Shown piece by piece: positions 35,391-48,324 of a stretch of 64,000 nucleotides of DNA. Source of the stretch: Carcharhinus amblyrhynchos. Lineage: Eukaryota. The position numbers and the translations under genes are program-made. The stretch covers positions 72,912,001-72,976,000 of the forward strand of contig OZ336882.1 in NCBI GenBank assembly GCA_965287045.1, given 5' to 3'. Each line of letters starts with the position of its first letter. Within the stretch, counting starts at the first letter, position 1. The notes beneath the pieces were generated by a model that searched no databases, had not been told where the DNA came from, and worked only from the letters and a program-made list of their open reading frames with translations.

Positions 35391-38300
35391 GTTGGTCCGT
35401 GAACACTACCTTGAAGAACTTCCACAGTGACGTCCTGGAAATGTAACCACCTAAACCACTTTCATTTGTGTCAGGTATGATTCCTACTAAGAGAAAACTT
35501 GACCTTGATTCCCATTGACACCGGTTTTGTTTGTGTTTCTTCAGCTGATACATGGTCAACCACTCCCTTTCTGACAAGAGAAGTCACCCTCAACTGGCTT
35601 CTTTGTAACGTCACGTTATTGTCTCTCATACAGGGTGGATCAGACACTATCAGAAGTTCATGGCGTCTGATTGACAGCCCTGGTCTATAAAGAAGAGATA
35701 AAGAAAGAGACAGGAGATAAAATAGAATATGACGCCCCTTTAATGTTCCACATCATAAACGATCCATCAGAAACAAAAAGTAATGTTAAAGTCCACTGCT
35801 TCCAATTCCATTGGCTTCCAGTGAATCAGTAAATTGTTTGGAATAATAATTGTCATCCTTTTGGAACCCTCTGTGTCCTGATTTGCCTTCCAGTAATCCT
35901 AAAGCATACAACTTTGTATTTTCTGTGTTTTGTTTGGTAGCAAAGTTGTTAGCACTGAAATCTCACAGCACCAGAGACCCTCGTTTTATTCCTCTCTTGC
36001 GTTAGGTTCTCTCCACGCCTGTGTGGCTTTTCTCCAGGTGCTCTGGTTTCCTCCTAATAGGGATGACATGCTAGTTAGGTGCATTGGCGATGTTTAGTTC
36101 AGCCTCCCTGTCCCTGAGAACGCGCCAGCATCCAGGTGATTTCCACAGCAAGACCATTGCAATGTTAATGTTAGCCTACTCGTGACACAAATAAATAACC
36201 TTAAAACTTTTCAGGCCTTTGCTGTGAGAGAGATTTTCAAATTATTCACAGCATAGCACAGTGGCAGACATCTTTCACTCGATGTACTCCGGAATCAGGG
36301 ATTCAAAGTAACACAGATTCAGACGAATCAATGGAACTTGCTCTACCATTCAAAGATCTCATAATTAATTTGTGCCCAACTCTATAGACATACGTGTTAC
36401 AATTCCCCATTCTCGACCTTAAAAATATATATAGATAAAGCCATCCTTCTGGCTAACTGATGAAACCTCTAACACTCTTAATCATCTCTCTATCGTTCTT
36501 TACATCTGAAGTTTCCGAGATATCTAACACAGATAGCTGTAAGTTGGCACTGCTAAAATGAGCACCCAGTCTGTGCTGTGCATGCATGTGTTAATGCATC
36601 ACACGGTGTGGTCACAGATCCTAGGCTGACTCTAAGATTCCTCAATCAGTTGACCTGCTGCTGTTAGGATACCTGCCCAGAGGATGAACAGAGACAGATG
36701 GAGACTTGTTGAGGAGCTGCATTGCAAAATGTACCGGCAAATTATAATCAGAACACTGCCTCTGGAATGCAAGAGGAGTATTCATAAAAATCTGGTTTTG
36801 TCCATTCCTCGATATCAATAATTTAAATGCCAGAATTCAAAATTATTTCAGTAACCCGGCTGAAATTGTTGTGAAGTTCAGTTTGCAAAGATATAATGGC
36901 TGGAGACAAAATGCATTAACAATTGTGTGTTCCCTATAAAAACTGATATTTTGTGAAAATACCCGGAGGTTTAAAATGCAAAGTACATCCAATGGTCAAG
37001 ATGAAACATTTGTATCTCAATTTCAGACAATAATCTTGAATAGTAACCTGGTTGTATTTGAATGTTGTCTAATTGATTTGAAGCAGGCACTCAGCAACCA
37101 AAAACCTATAAGATTTGAAATTGATGTTACTGATAATGGTGGACGAATCCTATTGTAGGAAAGTTGATCGGTCATGGGAGGTGCAAAAGAGATTGCAAGG
37201 GGGGAGAAGCAAAAAACATTTGGCTGGCAACTGCCATCTTTCAAGCCTTGAGGGAGATAGAGCACACAAATGCCACTTGCCAAGAACAAAGGGTTCTAAG
37301 CTCGACACACCTTGCCAGATTCAGATATCTCTCAAGTGAACAGATATCTAGCCAGTGAAAGGTGCAGAATCATAAATAACTCACAGACAGAAAATTCAAC
37401 CGAAAAGCTTCAGAAGATTCCAAAGGATACCAAACCTGGTTGCATACTTACTGGGAGTGAGAAAACTATTGTTTTGTTGTTAATGAATGGACATTGGTTC
37501 TGTCAAATGAATGGACAACTGGCCTTAATGTGGAGTAACACTAATCAGTGTGGGTTCAATTCCAATATCGGCGAGGTTATTCAAAAATGATGGCCTTCTC
37601 AATCTTGACATTTTCTGGTTGAATCACTATCACAAAGTTGGGAAATATTGTAACAGACATGTTTTGTGGGGTGAAGGGTGGAGGGAGAGGGGGAGGAAGT
37701 GAGTGGAGGGAAGGGATGTGGAAGGAGGAGTAGCGGAAGGAGGGGCAGGGAAGAGGGATGGAAAGGTGTGGAGGGAGGGGAGGGAGAGAGGAGGGGGGCG
37801 GGAGTGGCGGGGTGAGGGAGGGGGAAGGAAGTGTTGAGGGTATGAGGGAGTGAGGGGGAAGTGACGGGGAGAGTAGGGGGATGGAGGGGGTGAGCGAGGG
37901 GGGAGAAGATGGTCGGGGGAGGAAGGAGGTAATGTGTGGGTGAGTGGCTGGTGGTTGGGTTTAAATCGGGGAAGAGGAATGTGGATATGAGTCCACAATC
38001 CGATCATTCACGCTTCTGTATGTCACAATGTAAATTCCCCATAATGTTGCAGTAACGTTCCACTGTGTGAGAATTCTTAGAGAGTACTGGACTGAAATAT
38101 TGAATGCCAGCCTTGCAAAACAGTAAATTGTTGATAATGTATTGGTGAATGTCGCAGTGAACTGTGTTCATACATTTTGAAAGAGAATAATGAAGGCGAT
38201 GCATCCGTAAACTATCTGAAAATGATTTTAAGGAATAATGCGAAGCGTTTGATGTTCCAACATGGCTAACACGTGGTACTGCAAACCAGCAGAGACAGTT

Positions 38301-40363
38301 TAGTAAATACTTCGAATCGAACAAAGACAATTCTGGAAGGGCAGCTTACATAAAAGGTGGCTATCACATTTCTAATTAAATGAAGTTAAAGTGCTGAAGC
38401 AGGTAATGTTGAAATCGGTAATTCTGGGTCACAGACTCCGGGTGAGCATCCGATGACATTGATATAGGTGTCGATTTGAAGCATTGCTTTGAAATAAGCC
38501 AGGTTTCCAAATCAGTCCTTATTGCTGACCACTTCCAGCCCAGCATCCTCCCAGATTTCCTTGTCTGATTCTAGTACCACACTCCACAATTTCCTTCTCG
38601 CTCACATACCGATACAACTCCCTCCTCATTGCCCATTCACCTTAACTTGGCATGGATTGAGAATTGTTGAGCAGACTGAAAACAAAGGGTAGGGAGAAAT
38701 GAACATTTTCGAAGTTACAGGCAGTGATTTCGGGAACCCTCAGGGATCTGGGCTTGGGTCCAGCTATTTAAAAGATGCTTCAATGATTTTGATGAAGGAA
38801 CCAAAAATAACATTGGCAACTTTACTCTCACAAGACTTGTGAGGAATATGAGTGTTGTGAAGGATGCTCAGAGGCAGCAAATTGATTCAGGCAAGTTAAA
38901 TATGCGGGAAAACACGTTACAGATGCCGTACAATGTAAGTAAATGTAATGTAAATAACGTTGGACAGAGAAAAATAATGTTAGAATACTATTTATATCGT
39001 GATAGATGGGAAACGGTCGACAATGAAGGAGACCAAGATGTCGTTGTATACCAGACATTAAGGAAATCATGCAGGCAAGGCAAGCAGATAGGTGGCAATT
39101 GATAGGCTGGCCTTCATTGAAAGAGGACTTTAGTGAAGGAACAAGAATGTCGGGCTGGAGATGTCCAAGGCTTTGGTGAGAACACGACAGAAGTATTGTG
39201 TGCAGTTTTAGCCTCATGATCTGAGAAAGAAGTGGAGCTAATTGACATCGGACTGAATTCAGGGAAAGCGTGTTTCCAGCATGAGATGAGAATGAGTTGA
39301 ATGTACATGCATTAACTGGAAATTAGAATAATTTGAAAATGCAAAAATATTTGACATGTTTGGAAAGATTGGATGTTGGGATGCCTTTTCGATGGCAGAG
39401 TGGGAAGGGGCTCAATAATGAGATGTCACGACTTTTGGATATTGGTGGGCCATTAACGATTGAGGTGAGGAGAAACGTCTTCACTCAGAGGGTGATGAGC
39501 CTGTGGAATTCTCTACTACAGATGATGGTGGTGGTATATAAACTGAATATATTAAATAGCAACATGTAGGCAGACCAGGATAAGTTCAGGAGGTTGAAAC
39601 CAGATAGGGAGGGATTTTCGTCTGAGGAGACGTTGAACAGCTTGTGCCTGTTTAAAAGAATGAGAGACGACCTTATTGATGCATATAATACTCATCGACC
39701 TTCTTGAGACATATAAGGGGCTTGACAGGATGGATGCTGAAACAGGGATTCTCCTTGTGGGACGGTCTTGGACTAGAGGGCATTATCTCAGCGGAAGGGG
39801 TCGTCCGTTTAAGACAAAAATGAGGTGTAATTTCTTCTTCCAGAGAACCCTGAATCCATGGAAAACTTAGATGCGTGGGCGATCGTGGCTGTGTCGTTAC
39901 GTATATCCACAGCTGAAAAAAGGTTCATTGTAAGAGGGCTTCAGTACAGAAAAAAAATGACATCTGATTGGAGCTGTATATGGCTTTGTTGAAACCACAA
40001 CATTGTTAATGTTTAGTCGCTGCTATTAGCATCGCTATAAGATGAGCAACAGAAATGTTAAACTGACTTCAAAACAATCATGTTAGAGTTGCATAACTAT
40101 CAGCAAAAGCAGCGTTGGGTTGTACCAGTCACATTTTTATTGAGTTAGCACCAAGAACAGAATCATTTGATGCCCATGCTGACACTTCTAAGCATTTTAT
40201 ATAAGCTATTTCTTTTTCAAAAACATCAAACCCAGAACCCGACACACTTCAGCTCCAGGGATTTTGGTGCGTCAAGTGTGCACTTCCTCTGAGATTCCCA
40301 TACATTCCGCTTGGTGACTTCAAAGGGGGTCTCGACCCGGGTGCAATGAGGAAAAAAAAACCT

Positions 40364-40436
40364 TTATTTGTTCAGTTACAGTAATTAATCACGTGCAACA
40401 TTATGTCACTAGCAGAGACTAGATTGTTACATAAAT
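40364..40436 (+). promoter_or_regulatory. Putative proximal promoter of gene 3
   Basis: TTATTTGTTCAGTTACAGTAATTAATC 40364-40390, CACGTG, CATAAAT 40430-40436. Confidence 0.6.
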
Positions 40437-40513
40437 GGGGCTCATTGATCCTTGAGAGATCTACTTTGCGTGGAACATAAGAATTCGGAGGGAAATTCCC
40501 GCCTCTTCATGAA

Positions 40514-40583
40514 ATGGTGCGCGCCGCAATCCTGCAAATAAAGGACATTTACTATCCTCTGCTTGCGACCTTTGGTGTTCCAG
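40514..40583 (+). CDS. GPR139-like GPCR gene 3, exon 1 (MVRAAILQIKDIYYPLLATFGVP+G)
   Basis: gaaATGg; donor CCAG|gtaagt at 40583/40584. Confidence 0.88.
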
Positions 40584-42177
40584 GTAAGTCCGAGTATATC
40601 CTGTCGATGAATAGGTATGAGACTATCTGAGAGCTTGAAATTTATTTCGCTGGCCCAGAATTGTCTTCCTATGTGTCCAGTAGGCAGCTCTTCTGTCTTC
40701 CCAATAATAACTGTAAAACCTTATATGCAATGAATGATTATTCGAGCTACAGTCATTTCCATCCCACCTCTTGGAAAGATAGTTTGTCGATCATTTGTTA
40801 AAAGAACAACAAATGCTTCAATGTGCATCCGGAGTTTCCTCCATGTGGCTTAACTCGCCACTGAAGATCTCGTCATGTTATTGTGGGATGTACTCAGGCT
40901 CTTACAGTTCAATTTCGAGTACACCATCGGCTGTATCTAGCGCGCAGGCAGCCTTTGAGGTGACTGTCGATGTTAAAGGTGCATATTAAGGCGGTAACGA
41001 CTGATATGGACTCAGGCTTCTTTGCCGAGCTGCTATGTTACTCTACAATGAAACGATGCAACATGAAAACAATTCCTGGCCATCTCAATGGGCCAGAGGG
41101 ATTTCATGAGCATCAGCAGGCATGAGCAATATAAAACGTAGTTTTGGAGTAATTTCCACAATTTGACACACGTAGGTATAATGACAGTAAGTGAAAAAAA
41201 AACTTAAATATCGTCATTCGCTTCCGGTTGAGCCACAGAATAGATGATGTGGCATCCATGTCGATCAGATTGTTTTTGCAATGATTCGTACGCAACATGA
41301 GGAAATCCCTCTTTTTTTTGCTTTGATGCCAACTGCCAGAAATTAATATCTACTTCAGCCTTTTAGCTCTTACCAGTGATGGCACAAATTATTCCGGGCC
41401 GTTATTTGCTGGAAAAAAGTGACGAGGAATCACATTACAGCCCAGTTGAGGTTTCCCCATAGGCCTTGGCTAGTGATTAATCCCCGCTCCATTATTCAGC
41501 TTTACGGATATGTGCAAGAAAAAAAAAATCTTCATGGATAGGACAGGAATGCTGAAATCAAGCAGTGAGCGTTGGAGATAAGCAACACGCCAGGTGGCAC
41601 ATGGTGCTCAGGAGAACAGGGGAGGACAGTCACCAAGCATAAGTGAGTATGGGACAGGACCATGGTGACGCTAAATGTGGAACTACATGCACGCTAAACA
41701 AGTGATATATTGAGAAAAGAAAGAATTAGCGTTTATGCTTCTATTGGCAGCCCACAGAATTGAAAGGTTACCTCTGCCTGCCTTTCCACATCGGCTGCCT
41801 GACTTGATTTCAATCATTTCTGCACTGCGCTCACTGTGAAGGAAGAATCTCCCGCTTGTGTGTCGCTGTTGAATATTCCCCTTCAATTGGTGCTTAAAAC
41901 TTATAATACTCCTCCCGCACCACACCCCGACTTTCTTCCACGTCCCCCATGCCTTTCCTCTGCTCCTTTGTTCCTTTATGTTCTCCAACGCAGTCGATTC
42001 TTTTTTCTTCTGGAAAGATTATTTAATTTGGTATTGATTTTTATCAGTTTATTCCCTCATTCCCATTAAAGTGCTCTGTTTACATGGCACATGCACACAA
42101 TCTGCTAAGTAATCAGAGAGACAAACCTTTCTTTTAAATTGACTGAAGTGTTCCTATTTTCCTTCCTCTTCTTGCAG

Positions 42178-43106
42178 CGAACATTATGACCATCGTGATC
42201 CTCTCCAGAGGAAATTGTGGTCTCTCCAAATGTATCTCTGTCTACATGATGGCTATGGCTGTAGCGGATCTGCTGGTCATGGTGATTAGTGTACTGCTGT
42301 GTCACATCTTCGGTTATCAGTTTCCGAAATCCTTTTTGTCCTACACTGCTGTTTGTAAGTTCATTCTGTACAGTGGTTATGTTAATTTGGATATGTCAGC
42401 GTGGTTCACAGTTTCATTTACATTTGACCGCTTTGTTTCCATCTGTTGTCCGAACTTTAAAGAGAAATATTGCACGAAGAAAACTGCAACTACCCTTATA
42501 GTAACGGTCTTCGCCTTGACCTATTTAAAAGGTGTCCCTATGTTCTTTTCGTACGAAGCTGAACGAATCATTGACAATGTGCACTGGGGCTGTCGGACAA
42601 CGCAGGCCGTTTATACATTGCCCGCATGGTCTGTGTACAGCTGGATGCAGTCGAGCTCAGTTGTGCTGTTGCCTTTTGCTCTCATGATGCTGTTTAATTC
42701 TTTAACCGTCAGACGTATTTTGTTGGCAAATCGTGTACGCAGAAGCCTCCGGAGTAGTGGAAATGAGAGTCAGAATGATCCAGAAGTGAAGAGCCGAAGA
42801 CAATCCATCCTTCTACTCTTCACGATATCAGGCAGCTACATAATTTTGTGGTTAACAGCTGTTGGGAGTTTTGCAGCCACCAGAATGTCGAGCAGCGTTT
42901 TCAATCAAGGAGATTACTCCAATCCGGGGTATATCGCCACTGAGACTGGATGTCTGCTCATGTACCTGAGTTCCTGTTCGAACACATGCATATATGCAGC
43001 GACCCAAAGGAAATTCAGAGGAGAACTAAAGAATGTGCTGAAATTTCCTTGGACATATTTTTCCAAATTGGTGAATGATAAGAAAGAACTTAAGACAAAC
43101 CAATGA
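42178..43106 (+). CDS. GPR139-like GPCR gene 3, exon 2 (spliced 332 aa, intact)
   Basis: Acceptor cttgcag|CG at 42177/42178; 70+929 nt = 333 codons; full 7TM with FDRF, NTCIY and helix 8; AATAAA ~43220. Confidence 0.92.
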
Positions 43107-45993
43107 TTTCTCTCCAAACTGGAGCATTATTTTTCACACTTTTTTTCCCTTGTGCAAGAATGCTGCTCTTCTTAGAATCTGACTATGAGAGATGTTGTTA
43201 AATGATATAAATGATGTTGAATAAAAGTTGATGAAAACAAACCCTTGAAGTGATCACCAAAGCACAACACCATCAGAAATAATGTGGTGCAACTGGAGAA
43301 TGGATGTATGAACTGATTAAATACGATAGTGTAGTCAATGTTCATTCTTACACCTTGCCTGTTAATAGAATACTATCGTTGCTCTATCAACGCTTGTTCC
43401 GATGAGGAACCGTTGCTAAGATTGTGTGTGTGGCGACTTATGGCCGAAACGTTTTCTCTTACAATGGAGAGATAAAGATCAGCATCAAAGGAGCCTGAAT
43501 ATTTGTTTGATAGATGCACGTGAGAGCATCACATTGCACAAAGACCTAGGGAGAGACTTGTTGCTGTCGAAAGGGTAAGGTACTTAGGCAAAATGCGTGA
43601 GAAATGCAGCGCTTCAACGAGAGATGACGGGCCAGCATGATATTACATGGATGGCAGTTGGAGTTGGCGGGGGGTGGGAGGAGGGGGGCGGGGGGATGAA
43701 ATTGGCCTTAGGATGTGGTGAATAGGTAGAAATGTGGCACACTTGCATTTATTCACCGAGCTAAGGAATATAAGAGCAGGGAGCTTACGATGGAGCTGAA
43801 TAAAGCAAACTTCAGGGCACAGTTCGTGTTCTGTCTGCATTTCTGGTCATCCCACCATATAAGGGTTGTGTACGAGAGAGGGCGTGAAGGAGATTTACGA
43901 TGTTGCCTGACCAAGGGAATTACAACTACGAAGAGAAACTCAGCTTGGCTTGGTTATTTTCCCTTGAACAGTGAGCGCTGAGGCGGGGGTTGGGGGTGAG
44001 GAATAGGGGAGGGGTAACGATCGGAGTGTACAGATTTTGAAGTAGATGGGTAGGCACTTTTCAAATTAGTAAAGCTGTCAATGACCAGAGGAGATAGGTT
44101 CATATATTTAAATATAAGGTTCTGGCAGGAGATTTAGAGTGAATTTGAGTAAAATGCTCTTTCTACTAAGAGGATGATGGAGAGTCGGAAATCATAGACT
44201 GAAATTGTTGTAGTATTGGGGAACATCACGGTATTAAAAACACACACACATTTTGAGGAGCATTTAAAATGCCATAATATATCAGACTAAAACTCTACGA
44301 GATCTGAGGTTTGAGTGTGAGTAAAGAGCACCGACTGCCAAAGCACTTCATTCAAATCAGAATGTCCGAACCAGAGGTAATGTGTTGGTGAAAATCATGA
44401 GGAGCCGCATGCACTTGGGACAATGATAAGCAAATGTCAAAAGAGCCGGAAAGGAATGGAAAAATGCTAATACAAGTACTGGGCTAATTTTCTAGAATCC
44501 TAGAATGAAGATCCATTTACTTTAGTTCACATTCTGAATATTGTTACTTTGCAGTTCTTTTGATTTTAATATTTCAATGTTGAAATTAAAATAGTTTTAA
44601 ATAAAATTATATTACGCGTTTAAGATTGAGTTTCCTTTACCTATGCAAGCATTTCTATTTTTAAACAAATTTGCTTTTTGATTTAGAAGTTTCTGATGTA
44701 ATCCAGCTCCCAAAATAGAATTCCCTACTTCAGTTTAGCAACAGTACGGGATGTCCTTGGAATATCGACGATCCGCTGACTGTATCTTCCAGAACGGGTG
44801 AGGATATTTTGATTTTAAAAAAACAAAGACATGTTCACCTTACATTTCAATCAGGAGATGCACAATGGATTGCCAATATTCAGGATATATTCGAACTCTT
44901 GTGGGGTCGAAAAGGTAAAATTGATTGCTGTTGTTCTGCACTTACAGGGAATGAAAGTGTTACAGTAAAGAGGCGCGCTTAATTCGGGCGGAGGCGGGGG
45001 TGGCGGGGGGGCGCGGCGGGGGGAAGTGCGGGGTGGGGGCAGGATGGAAACGATCTGGTTACGCTGCTAAGGCAGTAAACTGGCCGTTTGGGAGAGAAAC
45101 AGAGGCATTACTGTTGCTGAAGATTTTAAGAAAGGCCGTGGAGAAGGAATGTTAAATTTGGGGGGAACGTTACACCTTCGACAGAGCAATTGGTTTAATT
45201 TAGTATTCTCAGAAAACGTAAAAAAAAGTTGGGGGTGGTGGTGGTGGTCAGGAAATAGAGGGAAAATAACCACTTTATTTACTTACAGAACTCGGGAAAT
45301 TAATAAAAATAACTTAAAATTTTGTAGACACCAACAAAGGCTTTAACATCAATAAAACACTTAAAAATCAAATTATGTTTTCTGTGTTAAAATAGGGGCA
45401 CATTGTCAAAAAAAAAATGCTGTAAACAAGCCAAGTTTGAAACAACCAGAACGTTAAGCCATTCAGTTCTATTCAGGATGAATCTTCGTGTTTTAAAAAT
45501 TTGCAGCAAATGCGAGGAATTGTTCATTCAAATGGAAATACAATCGGAAAGGGCAAAATGTTTATTCGAAGTTACACAAAAGAAAGTGGATGGCGAAATT
45601 TAAACACAAGAACATAAGAATTAAGAGTTCGTGTAGACCATCCGGCCCCTCGTGCATGCTCCACCTTCAGCAAGACCATGGGTGATTTTTTCGAGGGCTC
45701 GGCTCCACTTACCAGCCCAGTAACCATGGCCCTTCATTCCATTACTATTCAAAAAATTATCTCTCCTTGCCGTAAAAAAAAGTGAATGAGGTAGCCGCAA
45801 CTGCTTCACTGGGCTGGAAATTCCACAGATTCATAACACTTTGTGTGAAGAAGTTACACGTCAATTCAGTCCTAAATCTGTTCCCCCTTATTTTGAGGCC
45901 ATACCCCCAGTTCTAATTTCATCTGCACTGGAAATAATTTCCCTGTTTCTACCATATCTGATCCCTTCATAATCCCATATCTTTCTATAAGAT

Positions 45994-46276
45994 TTAAGGA
46001 CACAGATTTAAGGTGCGGGGAGGGAGGTTCAGAAGTGATGTTAGGGGTAAGTTTTTCACTCAGAGGGTCGTGAGTGAATGGAATCGGCTGCCGTCAGTGG
46101 TGGTGGAGGCGAACTCGCTGGGGTCTTTTAAAAGACTTCTGGATGAGTACATGGGGTTTAATGAGATTGAGGGTTATAGATAGGTCTGTAGGTTGGTAGG
46201 TGTTGATGTGATCGGCACAACTCGTGGGCCGAAGGGCCTGTTTGTGCTGTAGTGTTCTATGTTCTATGTTCTATGT
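45994..46276 (+). mobile_element. Young 5'-truncated CR1/HER1-type LINE end with 6-bp TSD
   Basis: TAAGAT at 45988-45993 and 46277-46282; (GTTCTAT)n tail; absent at the matching unit A site (~29290). Confidence 0.9.
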
Positions 46277-48324
46277 TAAGATCTCCCCTGATTATACTGA
46301 GTCTAGTCCCAAACTACTCAATCTCTCCTCATAAGCCAAACATTTCAACTTCGAAATCAACCAAGTGAATCACCTCTGAATCCCCTCCAGTGCCAGTAAA
46401 TTCTTTCTCAGGTAAGGAGACCAAAACTGTACACAGTACTTCAGGTGTTATCTCACCAGAACCTTATATAGTTGCAACATAACCTCACTTTTTTTAAAAC
46501 TTCATCCCTCCAGCAATGAAAGATAACATATCATTTGTCTTCTTAATGACTTGCTGCACCTTCAAAACAACTCCTTGCGATTCCTGCACAAGGATACGCA
46601 GGTCGCTCTGCACAGCAACATGCTGCAATGTTTTACCATTTAATAATAATCAGTGGTGCTGTGTTTTCTGTTCTTACCAAAATGGATGACATCACATTTC
46701 GCAATATTGCTCTCCATCTACCAGATTCTTGCCTATTCATTAAACTATTATACCCCTTTGCAGACTTTCAGCGTCCTCTGCACATTTTGCTCTGCCACTC
46801 ATCTGAGTGTCATCTGCAATTTTCCTAGCACACTACACCTGGTCCCCAACTCCAAATCATCTGTGTAAAGCGGAAACAATTGTAGTCCCGTCACTGATCC
46901 CTGAGGCACATCACTCGCCACCGAGTGACAATCGGATAAACAGCCATTTACCCCCAGTCATTGCTGACTGTTAGTTAACCAATCTTCTATCCGTGCTCAT
47001 ACATTACCCACAACACGGTGCACTATTATCTGATGCAAAAGTCTTTGGTGCAGCAACTTGTCAAATGCCTTCTGGAAATCCAGAAACATCACATCCACAG
47101 GTTCCCCATTGTCCACTGCATGTGTAACGTTGTCAAAGAATTCCACCAAATTAGTCAAACATGACCCTTCCTTCATGAACCCGTGCTATGCCTTACTAAT
47201 GGAACAATTTACACCCAGATGTTCCGCTACTTTTTCCCTGGTGATAGGTTCAAACATTTTCCCTACTATAGAATTTAAGCTAACCAGCCTATGATTACCT
47301 GCCGTTTGTCTATCTTCTTTTTTAACAATGGCGTCACATATGCTATACTTTGACACAAAATGCTGCTCAATTGTTCAGCCATTTTCTCATTTTCAGTTAG
47401 TACATCTCCCTTCTCATCTACTAAAGGATCAATGATTATCTTAGGCACCCTTTTTCGTATTATATATTAACTGAAATTTTTGCTCATTGTTTTTATACTC
47501 TAAGCTAATTTACTCTCATATTCCATCTTATCTTTCTTTCTAACTTTTTCATGGCATTATGGGCCCTTAAATATTTCCGAATCCTCTAGTTTCCCACGAA
47601 TCTTTGCCACTCTGTATATATTTTCTTTCAATTCAACACCGTCCTTTCTTTGCTTAGATGTCCATGGCTAATTATATCTTTTTTCTGCAGTCGTTCCTTA
47701 TCACTGGTACATACCTTTGTTGTGTACTGTGAGAAATCGCTTTGAAAGTCCTCCACTGTTCCTGAATTGTCCCACCATAGTTTTTTGCTCCCAGTCTACC
47801 TAGTCAATCCCTCCTTTATTCCATTGTATTCTATTCTGTCTTACCCACAGCCACGGGTATTGGATTTTACCTTCTCACACTCCATCTGCATTTTAAATTC
47901 AAGAACACTGTGATTGCTTCTTCCGACGGGATCCCTAACTGTAAGATCGATAATTATTCCTGTCTCATTATAGAGGACCATATCTACGATAGTTTGCTCC
48001 CTCATACGTTCTATTACAAACTGTTCAAGGAAGCTATCACAGATACATTCTGTGAACTCCTTCTCAAGGCTGCCTTAACCGACTTGGAGTGAACATTGAC
48101 ATATAGATTAAAAACCCGATGATAATTGCTGTACGTTTTTTTTTACCATTTTTCAAGATTACATTTATCCCTGTTCACTATTTCGTGATAACAATGCCAA
48201 CTAATTTAGGGCTATTCAGAAATGGCAGTGACCTCACAGTAGTTTCGCGACATTGTGAGGAGTGGAAAATTAAAATCAGCAATATAATCATAAGAATGAG
48301 ATAAGTGCTCCGAAAAACAGTGCG

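Noticed and set aside
36976-37158. Cadherin-like motif FEIDVTDNGG in the short ORF
   Set aside because: No other cadherin motifs (DxD, LDRE, DxNDN) and no evident splice context; kept only as an unexplained duplicate.
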